Assembly (NCBI GenBank): GCA_041576165.1
Contig: JBFGLM010000016.1
Span: forward strand, 25,301-89,300
Direction of reading: 5' to 3'
Length of the DNA stretch: 64,000 bases
DNA from: Acidimicrobiia bacterium
GTDB taxonomy: Bacteria; Actinomycetota; Acidimicrobiia; Spongiisociales; Spongiisociaceae
The translations under genes were made by a program, and so were the position numbers. The notes below the pieces were generated by a model. It was not told the DNA's origin and ran no database searches. It saw only the letters and a list, made by a program, of their open reading frames with translations. Shown piece by piece: positions 41,816-53,526 of this stretch (positions within the stretch are counted from its first letter, which is position 1; every line of letters starts with the position of its first letter).

Positions 41816-43743
41816 CAGTCGGTCTCCGCGCCGGGGGTCAGCTCGGTGCGCGGCACACCGAGGAGGTGCTGGAAGATTGCTCGGGCCGCCGGCGCGGCGA
41901 CGGAGCCGCCCGATCCGCCTTCGTCGACCATCACGACGACCACGTATTCCGGGTTGTTGATCGGGGCGGCTCCGATGAACCAGGCCGTCGAGTCGTGCAT
42001 GCGCCCGTCACGGTCCTCGAAACCCTGCGCGGTGCCGGTCTTTCCACCCACTTCGCCGATCAGGCCGCTGCCCTCAAACGCAGCCCGGGCGGTCCCGGCA
42101 GATACCACTGCTTGCATGTCGCGGCGCAACGCGACCACAGTCGACGGCGAAATATCCGCGTCGCGAATCGGACGCGGTCCGATCTCACGTACCGGGTCTC
42201 CGCCGCTTTCGACAAGGTGCGCGACCCGCGGCTGGTAAACCGTTCCCCCGTTGATCATGGCTGAGTATGCAGCGGCCATCTGGATTGGGGTTGCCAAGAT
42301 GTCACCCTGGCCGACGGCGATGTTCATCAGGTCGCCGCCGAGCCAGCCTTCCGGCCGCACCCGCCACGGCTGCTCGGCCCGCCAATGGTCGTACAGCTCC
42401 CGGTCGGGGAGAATGCCGGAGGACTCGAAGGGCAGGTCGACCTGGGTGGGCCTCCCCAACCCGAGCTCGAAAGCCCAATCCTGGAGGATGTCTTCGCTGT
42501 CTGTTTGCTTGAACTGCTGCCAGATGCTGAGCGCTACTTCCCAGAAGTAGATGTTGCAGGACTCCCGGAACGCATCGTGCAGGTTCTGCATGCCCGCTGC
42601 ATTGGGGTACGTCCAGTTGCGGTAGACCAGCTGGGACGCATCGTCTGCGAGCTCCAGCGCCTGGAGCTCGGCTGAGCATTCGATCGGCTGCTCTGCGTTG
42701 ATGACGCTCTCGGGATAGACGCCCTCCTCAATGGCGGTCACATACGTGATTGCCTTGAAGGTGGATGCCGGCGGCTTGAGGCCCTGGATAGCGAAGTTGT
42801 TGAACGCGAACAGCTCGGCCAGGCGGGCGAATTCATCCCGGTCGATGCCGCCGACGAACGCCTGCGGATCGAATGACGGGTACGAAGCCAGCGCAATCAC
42901 TTCTCCGTTGGTGGGATCCATCACGACCGCCGCCGCCCGTTGGGCCGGAAGCGTCGGTTCCTCGTCCGAGGCCTTCAGCCGGTTGGCGAGGATCACTGCG
43001 TCGCGCAACACCTCCTCGACTACCTGCTGGGTCGACAGATCGAGCGTGAGGTGGACCGTGGCGCCCGCTTGGGGATCAATGACCTCGCGGGCCTCCAAGA
43101 TGTCCCCCGACGCGTTGACCCGGTAGGCGGCCGTGCCTTCGGTCCCCTGCAGGAATGCGTCGTACTCGCGCTCAACACCCATCTTCCCCACCACGCTGCT
43201 CGGGAGGAGATCTGCGTTTGCCTCGAGGTCGGTTGTCTCCGGGAGTCCCACATGGCCCAGAACGTGCGCCATGTTCTCCTCCCGCAGGTACTGGCGGACG
43301 GGAACCGCCTCCACCGTCACGCCAGGCAGATCGGGCGACTGCTCGAGAATGGTGTAGGCGATCGACGCCGTCACCTCGAGATCGTCGAGCTTCGCGAGGG
43401 CTCCCGAGCCGACCTTCTCCAGCTCGGCCCGAATCTCGATTGGCGGGACCTGCAGCAACGCCGACAGGCGCTGAATGACATCTGGCTCATCCTCGAGCGG
43501 TACCTCTGCACGGTCGACGACGACCACCAGCTGCGACGTGCTCGTTGCCAGCTTCACACCGTTCCGGTCGACAATGTCACCACGAGGAGCCGTGAAGTAG
43601 TCAAACCGGATGATCTGCTCCTCCGCAGCTGCCGCAAAGACCTGCCCCTGGGCCACCTGCACGAACCACAGCCTTATGAACAGCACCGTGAACAGGGCCG
43701 TGAATACGAGACCGAGGAAGGTGACGCGCACCCCGAATTTCAT
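41815..43743 (-). CDS. mrdA: Penicillin-binding protein 2
   Basis: APRGDIVDRNG, STFK, SCN, GKTGTA. Confidence 0.95.
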   Translation of the reverse strand: MKFGVRVTFLGLVFTALFTVLFIRLWFVQVAQGQVFAAAAEEQIIRFDYFTAPRGDIVDRNGVKLATSTSQLVVVVDRAEVPLEDEPDVIQRLSALLQVPPIEIRAELEKVGSGALAKLDDLEVTASIAYTILEQSPDLPGVTVEAVPVRQYLREENMAHVLGHVGLPETTDLEANADLLPSSVVGKMGVEREYDAFLQGTEGTAAYRVNASGDILEAREVIDPQAGATVHLTLDLSTQQVVEEVLRDAVILANRLKASDEEPTLPAQRAAAVVMDPTNGEVIALASYPSFDPQAFVGGIDRDEFARLAELFAFNNFAIQGLKPPASTFKAITYVTAIEEGVYPESVINAEQPIECSAELQALELADDASQLVYRNWTYPNAAGMQNLHDAFRESCNIYFWEVALSIWQQFKQTDSEDILQDWAFELGLGRPTQVDLPFESSGILPDRELYDHWRAEQPWRVRPEGWLGGDLMNIAVGQGDILATPIQMAAAYSAMINGGTVYQPRVAHLVESGGDPVREIGPRPIRDADISPSTVVALRRDMQAVVSAGTARAAFEGSGLIGEVGGKTGTAQGFEDRDGRMHDSTAWFIGAAPINNPEYVVVVMVDEGGSGGSVAAPAARAIFQHLLGVPRTELTPGAETD

Positions 43744-43914
43744 TGATGGTTCTCCAACCGCACGGTCCTCCGTATGAGGATGCACCCGTACACCAGGTGT
43801 GGTGTGGTCATGTTCCGCTCCCCCGGCAGGAGGTTACCGAGCTTGCTCGAGAATGCAGAGAGCGCGGGTGAGGCGCACCAGAGAAACGGGTTCAAAACTG
43901 GGCATTGATCGCTC

Positions 43915-44421
43915 CTAGAAGACTGGCTCAGCCGACCGGCTGTCACCCACTGTGGCCCCGATGATCGGCAGCACCACCAGGCCCAACACGACGTTGTAGG
44001 CAGGGACGAGAAGCAACGTCTTCATGATGTCAGGATCCGACAGCGTCCCTTGACCGAAGAGCGTACCGATGATGGCTACCAGGACCACGCCCATGAATGT
44101 GAGCACCCCCACTGCGACGCCCATACCGACCACGTTGTAGGCGTACCGATCCCGCGTCCGAACGGCCGCTAGCGCCACCAGCGTGAACGCCAGCGCCTGC
44201 AATCCCAGCGGGGCCGAACCGAACAGGTCGATCAGAAGACCACCGGTGAAGCCCAGCAGCACCGCCGGTTCGGGCTCGATCCAGCGCGCACAGGCGATGA
44301 CGGCCAGCAATACGAGGTCGGGCGACACGTCAAGCGGTCGGACCCGGGCAAACAGGGTCGTCTGCAGAATGACGGCGAGAATGACTGCCAGTAGGGCGAT
44401 GGAGATCTGGCGTGTGCTCAT
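43915..44421 (-). CDS. mreD: Rod shape-determining protein MreD
   Basis: Hydrophobic protein, PDLVLL, GF.GGLLID; follows mreC. Confidence 0.92.
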   Translation of the reverse strand: MSTRQISIALLAVILAVILQTTLFARVRPLDVSPDLVLLAVIACARWIEPEPAVLLGFTGGLLIDLFGSAPLGLQALAFTLVALAAVRTRDRYAYNVVGMGVAVGVLTFMGVVLVAIIGTLFGQGTLSDPDIMKTLLLVPAYNVVLGLVVLPIIGATVGDSRSAEPVF

Positions 44422-45398
44422 GGTTGCTCCGCCGTACCCGCCGCTCCCTCCCCGTCGCCGGGTATTGATCCATCCTCGGGCACTTCGCCATCGAGGCCGT
44501 CTCCGCCTTCGCCCGGAACCGCATCATCTGCATCCCCAGGGGGAGGCTCGTCGACCGTCACCTCTTCGGGGGGCCAAGGAATCACGGCCAGCAGGTCGAG
44601 GCGGTCGAAATCGGCCAGCGGTTCGACCGCCACCCGGATCACCTGCGCTTGCGGCACCTCCGACTCGACCACGATGCCGACGTCCAGGTCGCGAGGGAAC
44701 CTTTCACTTCCGAGGGTGCGTACCAGCTGACCCTCCACCACCGGGTTTACTGCTTCGAATACTTCGAGGATCAGCTGGTCGGTTCCTTGACCGCTGACGG
44801 TACCGACCTCTTCGTTATCAGCAATGCGTACCGTCACGGACGGACGGCCGGTCCGGGCTGTGATCGGGACCACGGTGGCGGTGGTATCGGTGACCGCACT
44901 GACCACCCCCACCAGCGCACCCTGGGGGTCGATCACAGGATGGCCTTCAAGCACGCCGTCGGCCTTGCCCTTGTCAATTGTGAAAGACACCTCCAGCGCT
45001 CCGCCGCGGGTCGTCACCTCGGCCGGTATGAGCAGATCGTCGAGGTTGTCGGATAGTTGCAGCCCGAGAAGAATCCGTAGCTGATCCACTTCGGCCTGCA
45101 ACGCGGCAAGCGAGGCGGCTTCGCGCGTGCTCTCTTCCAGGTCCGCTCGCAACCGTTCATTCTCCTGCCGCAGGCTGGCCAGGTTGGCGATGCCGTCCCC
45201 GAAGTCCACGATCGGATCGACCACCGCATTGACCAGCTGCTGAATCGGCGCCGCGACGGTCTGAGCCCCATTACGCAAGGTCTCGGCCACGCCGGACTGG
45301 GAGGAGCGGATGTCGAACGTCATGAGGAGGAAGGACAGGACCGTCAATCCGATTGCCACAAAAGCGGATCGATCTGGCCGGTGGTAGTTACTGATCAT
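44418..45398 (-). CDS. mreC: Rod shape-determining protein MreC
   Basis: TM, coiled coil LRQENERLR, IDKGKADGV..G.PV, GALVG. Confidence 0.92.
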   Translation of the reverse strand: MISNYHRPDRSAFVAIGLTVLSFLLMTFDIRSSQSGVAETLRNGAQTVAAPIQQLVNAVVDPIVDFGDGIANLASLRQENERLRADLEESTREAASLAALQAEVDQLRILLGLQLSDNLDDLLIPAEVTTRGGALEVSFTIDKGKADGVLEGHPVIDPQGALVGVVSAVTDTTATVVPITARTGRPSVTVRIADNEEVGTVSGQGTDQLILEVFEAVNPVVEGQLVRTLGSERFPRDLDVGIVVESEVPQAQVIRVAVEPLADFDRLDLLAVIPWPPEEVTVDEPPPGDADDAVPGEGGDGLDGEVPEDGSIPGDGEGAAGTAEQP

Positions 45399-45461
45399 AT
45401 GGCGTTTCGGTTGGCGGCCGCGCGTGCGATCGCGCTGCTCAACCAGGTTGTCATCAGATAC

Positions 45462-46493
45462 TCAGGGACGGCTTGACGAGACGAGCACCGTGTGGAGGAC
45501 TTCAAACTCCTCGAGGCACTTGCCACTGCCGAGCACCACCGACTGCAGCGGGCGATCGGTTGTCACAATCGGCATACCCGTCTCGTACGCCAGCCGCTGA
45601 TCGAGGGCACGCAAAAGTGCGCCGCCACCGGTGACGATTATCCCATGTTCCATGATGTCGGCCGCCAGTTCTGGCGGTGTCTTGTCCAAGGTGAACTTGA
45701 CGGCGTCCACGATCGCCTGCACAGGCTCTTCGATCGCTTCTCGCATCTCGGGGCTGTGCAGGACAACGGTTTTCGGCAGTCCCGAGACGAGGTCCCTGCC
45801 TCGCACCTCAGCCGCCGGCTCATCCGCGTACGGGTACGCCGATCCGATTGCCATCTTGATCTGCTCGGCCGTCCGTTCACCCAACAGGAGGTTGTATTCC
45901 TTCTTGACCCACTCGATGATCGCTTCGTCCAGCTCGTCGCCACCGATGCGGACGCTGCGCGATACGACGATCCCACCCAGTGAGATGACGGCTACCTCGG
46001 TGGTCCCACCGCCGATGTCAACCACCATCGAGCCGGTCGGCTCATGCACGGGCAGTCCGGCGCCGATGGCCGCCGCCATCGGCTCCTCGATCGTGTAGGC
46101 GCGCCGGGCGCCGGCGTGGTACGCGGCTTCCTCGACCGCCCGTCGTTCGACGCCGGTGATACCGGACGGCACACAGATCACGATCCGGGGTTTCGCCCAA
46201 CGCCGCCGGTGCACCTTCTGTATGAAATATCGAAGCATCTTCTCGGTGATGTCGAAGTCGGCGATGACACCATCTCGCAGGGGTCGGATCGCCCGAATGT
46301 AGGAAGGCGTGCGGCCGATCATTCGCTTGGCTTCCATGCCCACCGCCAGCGCCTGGTTGTTCTGCGTATTGATCGCAACAACCGACGGCTCGTTCAAAAC
46401 GATGCCGCGACTACGGACAAACACGAGAGTGTTTGCGGTTCCCAGATCGATGGCCATGTCCTGGCCGGCAAACGAAAATGGGCTGTCAGCCAT
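45462..46493 (-). CDS. mreB: Actin-like protein MreB
   Basis: IDLGTANT, EEPMAAAIGAG, DIGGGTTE, TGGGALL. Confidence 0.98.
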   Translation of the reverse strand: MADSPFSFAGQDMAIDLGTANTLVFVRSRGIVLNEPSVVAINTQNNQALAVGMEAKRMIGRTPSYIRAIRPLRDGVIADFDITEKMLRYFIQKVHRRRWAKPRIVICVPSGITGVERRAVEEAAYHAGARRAYTIEEPMAAAIGAGLPVHEPTGSMVVDIGGGTTEVAVISLGGIVVSRSVRIGGDELDEAIIEWVKKEYNLLLGERTAEQIKMAIGSAYPYADEPAAEVRGRDLVSGLPKTVVLHSPEMREAIEEPVQAIVDAVKFTLDKTPPELAADIMEHGIIVTGGGALLRALDQRLAYETGMPIVTTDRPLQSVVLGSGKCLEEFEVLHTVLVSSSRP

Positions 46494-46568
46494 GCGTCAC
46501 GCCGTCCTCGGGTGTGCGGCAAGTGTAACGATTCGGGCCTGGTTCGCCCAGAAGAGAGGTGTTGCAGG

Positions 46569-46973
46569 TCACCCGAACCAGATGGACAGCTCTCGCTCGG
46601 CACTTTCCGGCGAGTCGGACCCGTGCACGATGTTCTCCTGAATCTCCAGCCCATAGTCACCGCGGATGGTTCCGGGTGCCGACTCTGCAGGATTTGTGCC
46701 CCCCATCAGGGTGCGGGCCACCGACACTGCGGATTCGCCCGACCATTCCATCGCCACGACCGGGCCGCTGGTTATGAACTCCACCAGACTCGCGAAGAAC
46801 GGCCGTTCCACGTGCTCGGCGTAGTGGGTTTCGGCAGTCTCGTCGTCGACCGAACGCATCTCGAGACGCTCCAGATTCAGCCCCTTTTGCTCGAGACGGC
46901 GGATCACTTCTCCAATCAGACCCCGGCGCACGCCGTCCGGCTTGACCATGACGAACGTATTCTCGACTGCCAA
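46569..46973 (-). CDS. ndk: Nucleoside diphosphate kinase
   Basis: [25 protein letters not shown]; TTG start after GAGG. Confidence 0.96.
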   Translation of the reverse strand: MAVENTFVMVKPDGVRRGLIGEVIRRLEQKGLNLERLEMRSVDDETAETHYAEHVERPFFASLVEFITSGPVVAMEWSGESAVSVARTLMGGTNPAESAPGTIRGDYGLEIQENIVHGSDSPESAERELSIWFG

Positions 46974-47004
46974 CGTTTCATCCTCTCTCGGGCCGGCCGG
47001 GATG

Positions 47005-48381
47005 CTAATCGGGCGATGAACTGAGGCCCGGCTCGGACGAACGGCCACCGGGCGTCTGATCCGCTGGACCGCGATCGCCGACGAGATGCGGTCGAGCCTC
47101 GCCCACCACGTACAGTGAGCCCGTGACCAACACCGCTCCATCGGCGTCGGTAGTGCCCATGACATCAGCGACCGCGTCCCGCACCGTCGCCGCAACATCC
47201 ACCGTGGGAATGTCCGGCAGCTTCTCCCGGATCTGGGCCGCGAGCTGCCCGACCGGGATGGCGCGGGAGCTATCTGCCTCGGTCACGACGAGCCGTCCGA
47301 TTCGGGGTTCGAGGTGACCGAGCATCGATTCGATGTCTTTGTCACCCAGCGCCCCGAAGATCACGGTCCATGACAAATCGGGGAACTCGTCGGCCAGGGT
47401 GGCGGCCAGCGCCGCCATCGACGCCTCGTTGTGAGCGCCGTCGATGACCACCAGCGGAGCGTGCTGCACTACCTCGATACGACCGGGCGAATGGACGGCG
47501 GCGATCGAATCGCGCACCGCCTCGACGTCGAGGGGGCGAGCGAAGAACTGCTCCGCGGCAGCGATCGCGATGACCAGGTTGGTCACTTGGTGCCGTCCAT
47601 GCAGGGGAAGGAAGATCTCGTCGTAGCGACCCAGCGCTCCATCGATGGAAGTCATCCAGCCTCCAACCGCCATCGCCGCACTGTCTAAGCCGAAGTCTCG
47701 ACCGAACGCACAGTGCGCCAGCCCCCGCTCAGCCGCGTACCGACCAGCCACGAGCGCCACCGGGTCCGTGAGAGCGCCAGTGACCAATACCGAGTTGGGT
47801 TTGGCGATCGCCAGCTTCTCCAGGGCGATCTCCTCGACCGTATCGCCGAGATATTCGGTGTGGTCAAGTCCGACATTCGTCAAGACGGCGACGACCGGAT
47901 CCACAATGCTCGTTGCGTCCAGCCGGCCGCCGAGTCCCACCTCCACGACCGCTGCTTCAACCGCTCGCTCAGCGAAGAACGCAAACGCCGCTGCAACCGT
48001 CAGCTCGAAATAGGTCGGGCGCTCCCCCGTCTCCGCCTCCAGCACATCGACGAAGGGAGCGATGTCGGCAATCGACTGCGTGAAGTCATCCGGGCTGGCG
48101 ACCTCATCATCGATGCGAAACCGCTCCTCGATCTTTTCGAGGTGAGGGGATGTGAAGGTACCCGTCGTCAGACCGTGGCCGGTGATGATGGCGGCCAGCA
48201 GCAGGGCAGTGGTGGTCTTGCCGTTGGTGCCGGCAATGTGCACTGTCGCGATGTCGCGATGCGGATCTCCCATCAGTTCGATGAGGCGTGAGATGCGGGC
48301 GAGGCCCGGCCGAACGCCCAGACCGACATGCGCATCTAGATACGCCAACGCTTCTTGGTGTGTCCTGGGCTGGCTCAGCAT
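47005..48381 (-). CDS. folC: Folylpolyglutamate synthase/dihydrofolate synthase
   Basis: [35 protein letters not shown]. Confidence 0.95.
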   Translation of the reverse strand: MLSQPRTHQEALAYLDAHVGLGVRPGLARISRLIELMGDPHRDIATVHIAGTNGKTTTALLLAAIITGHGLTTGTFTSPHLEKIEERFRIDDEVASPDDFTQSIADIAPFVDVLEAETGERPTYFELTVAAAFAFFAERAVEAAVVEVGLGGRLDATSIVDPVVAVLTNVGLDHTEYLGDTVEEIALEKLAIAKPNSVLVTGALTDPVALVAGRYAAERGLAHCAFGRDFGLDSAAMAVGGWMTSIDGALGRYDEIFLPLHGRHQVTNLVIAIAAAEQFFARPLDVEAVRDSIAAVHSPGRIEVVQHAPLVVIDGAHNEASMAALAATLADEFPDLSWTVIFGALGDKDIESMLGHLEPRIGRLVVTEADSSRAIPVGQLAAQIREKLPDIPTVDVAATVRDAVADVMGTTDADGAVLVTGSLYVVGEARPHLVGDRGPADQTPGGRSSEPGLSSSPD

Positions 48382-50993
48382 CCCAGCTCGTTCATTTGCG
48401 CCTCGATCTTCTTCAATAGATCGGCCGCCTCCTCGAATTTTCGCTGCTCCTTCTCAACGACGTCTGCCGGTGCCTTGTCACGGAACTGCGGATTACCGAG
48501 CTTTTGCTCGGCGCGGTTGCGTTCAGCCGCGGCCTCGTCCAGACGTTTCTCGAGCCGGCTGCACTCCGTCGCAACGTCGATGAGTCCCTCGAACGGAATG
48601 AACCCCTGGACGGGACCGGCCACCAGCCGGGCCATCCCTGACACATCGTCGGGCATGCCGGCCACCGAGATCTCGGCGGCGCCCAGGAATCTGGCCTGCT
48701 CGTGCCACCATGGTTCGATGATCCCGGTCGGATCGTCCACGGTCACGGCCAGCTCTCGCCGGGGCGAGATCTCGTGTTCGGCGCGAAAACGGCGGATGCC
48801 CCCGATCAAATCCTGGAAAGTCTCCATGCCGGCCGGTTGGTCATACAGGGGAGGCTGCGGCCAATCGCTGACGATGATCAGATCGTCGCCCACCAGGTGA
48901 GACCACAACTCTTCGGTGAGAAACGGGATGATGGGATGGAAGTACTTGAGGATGTCACGCAACACCACCCCGAGAGTGGCTTTGGTCTGCTCTGCGCCAG
49001 GCCCACCCTCCTGAAGCGAAGGCTTGGCCATCTCGAGGAACCAGTCGAAGGCCTCAGACCAGGCGAATGAGTAGAGCGCCGAGATGGCATCGGAGAGCCG
49101 ATATTCGTCGAACAGCGAATCGTATTGCGTTCCTACCTCATGGAGTCGTGACAGAATCCAGCGATCGATTGGACCCGGGTCGGAGGGGTAGCCACCGCTG
49201 GGCGGCACGTCGTCCGGACTGAGATGGTTGGTCGCCATCCGGATTGCGTTCCACAGCTTGTTCCCGAACCTACGAGCGGCATCGACCCACTCTTCGCTGA
49301 ACGGGATGTCGTGGCCCGGAGCCGCCGCCTGCAGCAGACTCAACCGCAGCGGATCGGCGCCAAATTCCTCAACGAGGTCCATGGGGTCGATGGCGTTGCC
49401 GATCGACTTCGACATCTTCCGCCCATCGGCTGCCCGCACCAGCCCGTGGATCGCAATGTCCCGGAAGGGCACCTGATCCGTGAAACGCAGACCCATCTTC
49501 ATCATGCGGGCCACCCAGAAGTAGATGATGTCGAAGCCGGTAACGAGGACGCTGGTTGGGTAGAACCGAGCCAGATCATCCGTCTGTTCCGGCCAGCCCA
49601 GAGTGGTGAATGGCCACAGTGCCGACGAGAACCACGTGTCGAGCACGTCCTGCTCGGCGCGCAAGTCGTCGTTCTCGCATTCCGGACATGCCGCCGGCGG
49701 CTCCAGCGCGACAATCACCGTCTCGTCTCGGTCGCAATACCAAGCCGGGATACGGTGTCCCCACCACAGCTGCCGCGACACGCACCAGTCGCGCAGGTTC
49801 TCCATCCAATGGAAATAGTTCTTTTCCCACCGGGTGGGGATGAACCGGGCCTCACCCTCACGCACAGCGTCGATGGCCGGCCCGACCAGCTCGCCTACCT
49901 TCACGAACCACTGTGCCGAGAGCATCGGCTCCACCGGTACGCCGGACCGGGAGCAATGGCCGACCGAGTGGCGGTACGGCTCAACGCCCACCAGAACGCC
50001 CTCCGTCGCCAGGGCGTCTTTGACGGCGGTTCGCGCCTCGAACCGATCGAGCCCGGCGTAGGCCCCGGCGGCTGCTGTCATGCGGGCGTCCTCGCCGATC
50101 ACTTGAACCGGGGCAAGGCCGTGCCGCTCGGCGATCTCATAATCCAGCGGATCGTGGGCTGGTGTCACTTTCACGGCACCGGTGCCGAACTCTTGATCCA
50201 CCGATTCGTCGGCCACGATCGGTATTACCCGGTCCATGAGCGGCAGCCGCACCATCCGCCCGATCGCGTCCGTGTAGCGGGGGTCGTCAGGATGCACCGC
50301 GACGGCCGTGTCGCCGAGCATCGTCTCCGCCCGGGTGGTTGCGACAATGACTCCGGCGGTCCCATCGGGGAGAGCCCCGCCCTCGAAGGGGTAGAGAATG
50401 TGCACCAACTCTCCGTCTACGTCCCGGTATTCGACTTCGATGTCGGAAATGGCGGTCATCAACCCGGGCGACCAGTTGATGATCCGGGCACCGCGGTAGA
50501 TGAGGCCGTCCTCATACAGGCGAACGAACACCAGCTGCACGGCGTGGGAGAGTCCCTCATCGAACGTGAAGCGTTCCCGCGACCAGTCGCACGAGAAGCC
50601 GAGCGCCCGCATTTGTTTTCGGATCTTCGCCCCGGAGTGGCGGGTCCAATCCCAAACCTTCTCCACGAATGCATCACGTCCGATGTCGTGACGGGAGATA
50701 CCTTCCTTGGCCAGCTCGCGCTCCACCACCATTTGGGTGGCGATCCCCGCGTGGTCCATCCCCGGCACCCACAGAGCCGCGTACCCCTGCATGCGCCGGC
50801 GCCGGATCAAGGCATCCTGGATGGACAGATCTAGGGCATGACCCATGTGCAGTACCCCGGTCACGTTGGGCGGCGGGATCACGATCGTGAATGGTTCACC
50901 ATTGGGATGCAGTTCCGGGCGAAACGCACCCGCGGAGTCCCACCGGTCGTACCAGCGAGCCTCCACCTTGCCGGGATCGTACGTCGCGTCCAT
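48375..50993 (-). CDS. valS: Valine--tRNA ligase
   Basis: [31 protein letters not shown]-terminal coiled coil. Confidence 0.98.
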   Translation of the reverse strand: MDATYDPGKVEARWYDRWDSAGAFRPELHPNGEPFTIVIPPPNVTGVLHMGHALDLSIQDALIRRRRMQGYAALWVPGMDHAGIATQMVVERELAKEGISRHDIGRDAFVEKVWDWTRHSGAKIRKQMRALGFSCDWSRERFTFDEGLSHAVQLVFVRLYEDGLIYRGARIINWSPGLMTAISDIEVEYRDVDGELVHILYPFEGGALPDGTAGVIVATTRAETMLGDTAVAVHPDDPRYTDAIGRMVRLPLMDRVIPIVADESVDQEFGTGAVKVTPAHDPLDYEIAERHGLAPVQVIGEDARMTAAAGAYAGLDRFEARTAVKDALATEGVLVGVEPYRHSVGHCSRSGVPVEPMLSAQWFVKVGELVGPAIDAVREGEARFIPTRWEKNYFHWMENLRDWCVSRQLWWGHRIPAWYCDRDETVIVALEPPAACPECENDDLRAEQDVLDTWFSSALWPFTTLGWPEQTDDLARFYPTSVLVTGFDIIYFWVARMMKMGLRFTDQVPFRDIAIHGLVRAADGRKMSKSIGNAIDPMDLVEEFGADPLRLSLLQAAAPGHDIPFSEEWVDAARRFGNKLWNAIRMATNHLSPDDVPPSGGYPSDPGPIDRWILSRLHEVGTQYDSLFDEYRLSDAISALYSFAWSEAFDWFLEMAKPSLQEGGPGAEQTKATLGVVLRDILKYFHPIIPFLTEELWSHLVGDDLIIVSDWPQPPLYDQPAGMETFQDLIGGIRRFRAEHEISPRRELAVTVDDPTGIIEPWWHEQARFLGAAEISVAGMPDDVSGMARLVAGPVQGFIPFEGLIDVATECSRLEKRLDEAAAERNRAEQKLGNPQFRDKAPADVVEKEQRKFEEAADLLKKIEAQMNELGC

Positions 50994-51099
50994 TCAGCCT
51001 TCATCGAGGGGATGGCCACGATACTCGTTGTCCGACTGGAGCGATCCGGTATTGGCACCCCCACGGACGGCACTCCCGATCGCCCAGGAGCCAAGTGGC

Positions 51100-52182
51100 T
51101 CAGGGCAGGCGCGGGGTCCGCAGGTTGCGCACGAAGCCAATGCCGGTCAGCAAGCCGCCAAGGCCGAGACCCACCGTGACCAAGACCCGCTGCGGTGTCG
51201 TCATACGCGAGAAGATCGAACCGGTGCCGGCACCGTCGAGCGGCGCCGCTGCTGTTTCCGTAATCCGGGTCGGGCCGCCATCCGCAGCGGCAACATCATC
51301 CCGCCCACCCCCGGGCAGCGAGGTGGCCGGCACCGGGCTCGGACTGGGATCGGAGGCGGACGTTATGGTCGGCGCCGAGTCGACGATCGACGTCGACGGA
51401 GTGGGTGCATCCGCTGAATCCGCTGCCGGTGTTTGTCCAGGCGCGGCCGTTGTGGGCGGCGAAGACTCAGGCGGGACCGGCACGGCAGGTGTTGGGGGCG
51501 TTGAAACCGGCAGGGTTGAAACCGGCGGCGTCGAAACCGGCGGAGTCCAAACCGGCGGCGTCGAAACCGGCGGAGTCGAAACCGGCGGAGTCGAAACCGG
51601 CGGCGTCGAAACCGGCGGAGTCGAAACCGGCGGCGTCGAAACCGGCGGTCCAGGAGAAACCGGCGGGGTCGAAACCGGCGGTCCAGGAGAAACCGGCGGC
51701 GCAGGCACCGGCGGCATCGGAACCGGCGGCGTAGGCACCGGCGGGGTCGAAACCGGCGGTCCAGGAGAAACCGGCGGCGCCGGCACCGGCGGCGTCGGAA
51801 CCGGCGGCGTAGGCACCGGCGGCGTCGAAACCGGCGGTCCAGGAGAAACCGGCGGCGCAGGCACCGGCGGCGTCGGAACCGGAGGCGTCGGAACCGGCGG
51901 CGTCGGAACCGGAGGCGTCGGAACCGGCGGCCCGGCCGGAGGCTTGATCGTTGTCGGGGGCGATGACTCCTCCGAGGGCTTGATGGTCGTGGAGGGTATC
52001 GCCATCCGCTCGGAGCACCTCGACGTGGCTGTGGTCCGGTGCTGAGTCGGGGTGGATTTCACATCCGGGCAGCCGCCCGAGCTACCCTCGGCTCGGCCTT
52101 CGCCCAACACGATGTAGGCAACAACGAGCACCATGGTGAGCGTCGTAAGCCCAACCAGGCGGCGTGTCACCGGCACCCGCAT
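51100..52182 (-). CDS. Pro-rich repeat surface protein with a C-terminal TM anchor
   Basis: Signal peptide, a Cys pair, more than 20 xTPPV-type repeats, C-terminal hydrophobic segment with a basic tail. Confidence 0.7.
   Translation of the reverse strand: MRVPVTRRLVGLTTLTMVLVVAYIVLGEGRAEGSSGGCPDVKSTPTQHRTTATSRCSERMAIPSTTIKPSEESSPPTTIKPPAGPPVPTPPVPTPPVPTPPVPTPPVPAPPVSPGPPVSTPPVPTPPVPTPPVPAPPVSPGPPVSTPPVPTPPVPMPPVPAPPVSPGPPVSTPPVSPGPPVSTPPVSTPPVSTPPVSTPPVSTPPVSTPPVWTPPVSTPPVSTLPVSTPPTPAVPVPPESSPPTTAAPGQTPAADSADAPTPSTSIVDSAPTITSASDPSPSPVPATSLPGGGRDDVAAADGGPTRITETAAAPLDGAGTGSIFSRMTTPQRVLVTVGLGLGGLLTGIGFVRNLRTPRLP
51500..51930. repeat. Coding tandem repeats: 15-bp units plus a 78-bp higher-order unit
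   Basis: Arrays of gaaaccggcggmgtc; ccaggagaaaccggcggcgc recurs at 51683, 51761 and 51839. Confidence 0.9.
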
Positions 52183-52340
52183 CCCCTTCACCTCTCCCGC
52201 CGCAGCGTTTTGCTCACAAGTCGAGCCACGTCGCGTGGATGGCACCCAAAGGCGTCCTGGACGTCGAACTTTGGGCACCGATCTTCCCCGCCAGAACTGG
52301 CAATACGATCCAGAAATCCAAAACCTGGCGGTGCTAGCAC

Positions 52341-53144
52341 CTACAGAGTATCTGAAGACCGGCGGCCAACCCAAGCGATAAGCCCAGATCCGGCGAGCAG
52401 CGCCACGAAGGCCAGCAGCGCCAGTGTGCGGGAATCGAGTCCGGTGAGCGGAAGTCGCTGGCGGGTGACCTGGAGTCCGAGCACCTTTACCACCGTCGGC
52501 GCAGGCGCCTTGGGGGCGACGCTGGCCGGGCCGGACGCCTCACGAGGTTGGGGAGGCGGGCGGACGACGCTGATCGGGGGGATGAGTCCGATATGAACAG
52601 AACTGGGCGGGCTGAGCAGGGTGGTGGTGGTGGCCGGCTCATCGAGATCTGGCCCAGCGGTGGTCGACGTGGCGGGTGGAGGCTTCGCATCAGCTGGAGG
52701 GGGCGGCGGCTCACTCCCACCATCCGGCATCGACACAGAATTGGCGCCGCCATCGGGCGCCGTGGTCGACGGAGGGGATTTCACTCCGCCGTCCGAGGCC
52801 GCCTCGGACGGCGAATCGCCATTTGCCGCGGGCGTCCCGGCCTCGGCGACGGTCGTCGATGTATACGCGGCCGGAGGCGCCCACGGCTGGCTGATCTGGC
52901 CGTCTGTGGTTTGTCCCGGGCCGTCGACGCGAACGACACTCGGGCCTCGACCGCTGCCACCATTCAAGAGGTCACATGGCTCGCCGGCCCGACTGCCGGT
53001 GTTCAGGGTCGGCCGACCGGCCCGACACTCGCCGGGATCTGCAATGGCCTGCGCAGGCGGCGGCACCACCGTCAGCACCACCACAAAGGCAGCGAGCAGT
53101 GCCGTGATGATGCCTGTGGTGCCGCGCACCGGTCCGGTCCGCAT
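52341..53144 (-). CDS. Secreted Pro/Ser-rich protein with an LPXTG-type sorting signal
   Basis: GGAGG RBS, signal peptide ending AQA, a Cys pair, C-terminal LPLTG + TM + RR. Confidence 0.72.
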   Translation of the reverse strand: MRTGPVRGTTGIITALLAAFVVVLTVVPPPAQAIADPGECRAGRPTLNTGSRAGEPCDLLNGGSGRGPSVVRVDGPGQTTDGQISQPWAPPAAYTSTTVAEAGTPAANGDSPSEAASDGGVKSPPSTTAPDGGANSVSMPDGGSEPPPPPADAKPPPATSTTAGPDLDEPATTTTLLSPPSSVHIGLIPPISVVRPPPQPREASGPASVAPKAPAPTVVKVLGLQVTRQRLPLTGLDSRTLALLAFVALLAGSGLIAWVGRRSSDTL

Positions 53145-53526
53145 GGGTCCTCCGATTCGACACGAGTTCTTCCACCGTCGAGGTAATGGCTTCGGTCGAC
53201 GAGAGTGGGAGGATGAGACGCAGATACGTACTGGCCATAAATGGGACGGCTGACCTAGATCGATGGTCTCGGAGCGGGCGCTTGGCCGGGCCGGCGGGCG
53301 ACAAGCGGTTTGGCCCTGTCCGCGCATGCGAATCCCCTTTGCGCGGCGGGTCGACTTCCTAGCTGTCGCCGCGTCCTTCCACAATGGGCCCGGTCCGCCT
53401 CGACCTGTGGGATTTCGGGGCCAAATGAGGCCGGCGACCCACGCAGGCCATCACATTTCGCGGCTCATGTGGGGAGTTGGACCACAGAAAGTGGGGATAA
53501 GTCTCCGCCCGATCGCGTGGGTTTGG

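Noticed and set aside
43744-43914. 170-bp gap between mreD and mrdA
   Set aside because: No convincing ORF, repeat or strong structure is present; it may be an internal promoter region or a longer mrdA N-terminus.
49224-50834. Long antisense ORFs (536 aa opposite valS, and similar ones opposite comEC, proB and trkA)
   Set aside because: These are shadow ORFs expected from high-GC codon bias; they have no recognisable motifs and fully overlap confident genes.
50891-52045. Plus-strand Gly-rich (GGVET)n ORF
   Set aside because: It is the antisense reading of the Pro-rich repeat. The minus-strand frame has an RBS, a signal peptide and a TM anchor.
53145-53526. Possible c-di-GMP or c-di-AMP riboswitch upstream of the surface-protein genes
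   Set aside because: The consensus elements could not be matched by eye beyond isolated short words; a cmscan search would be needed.
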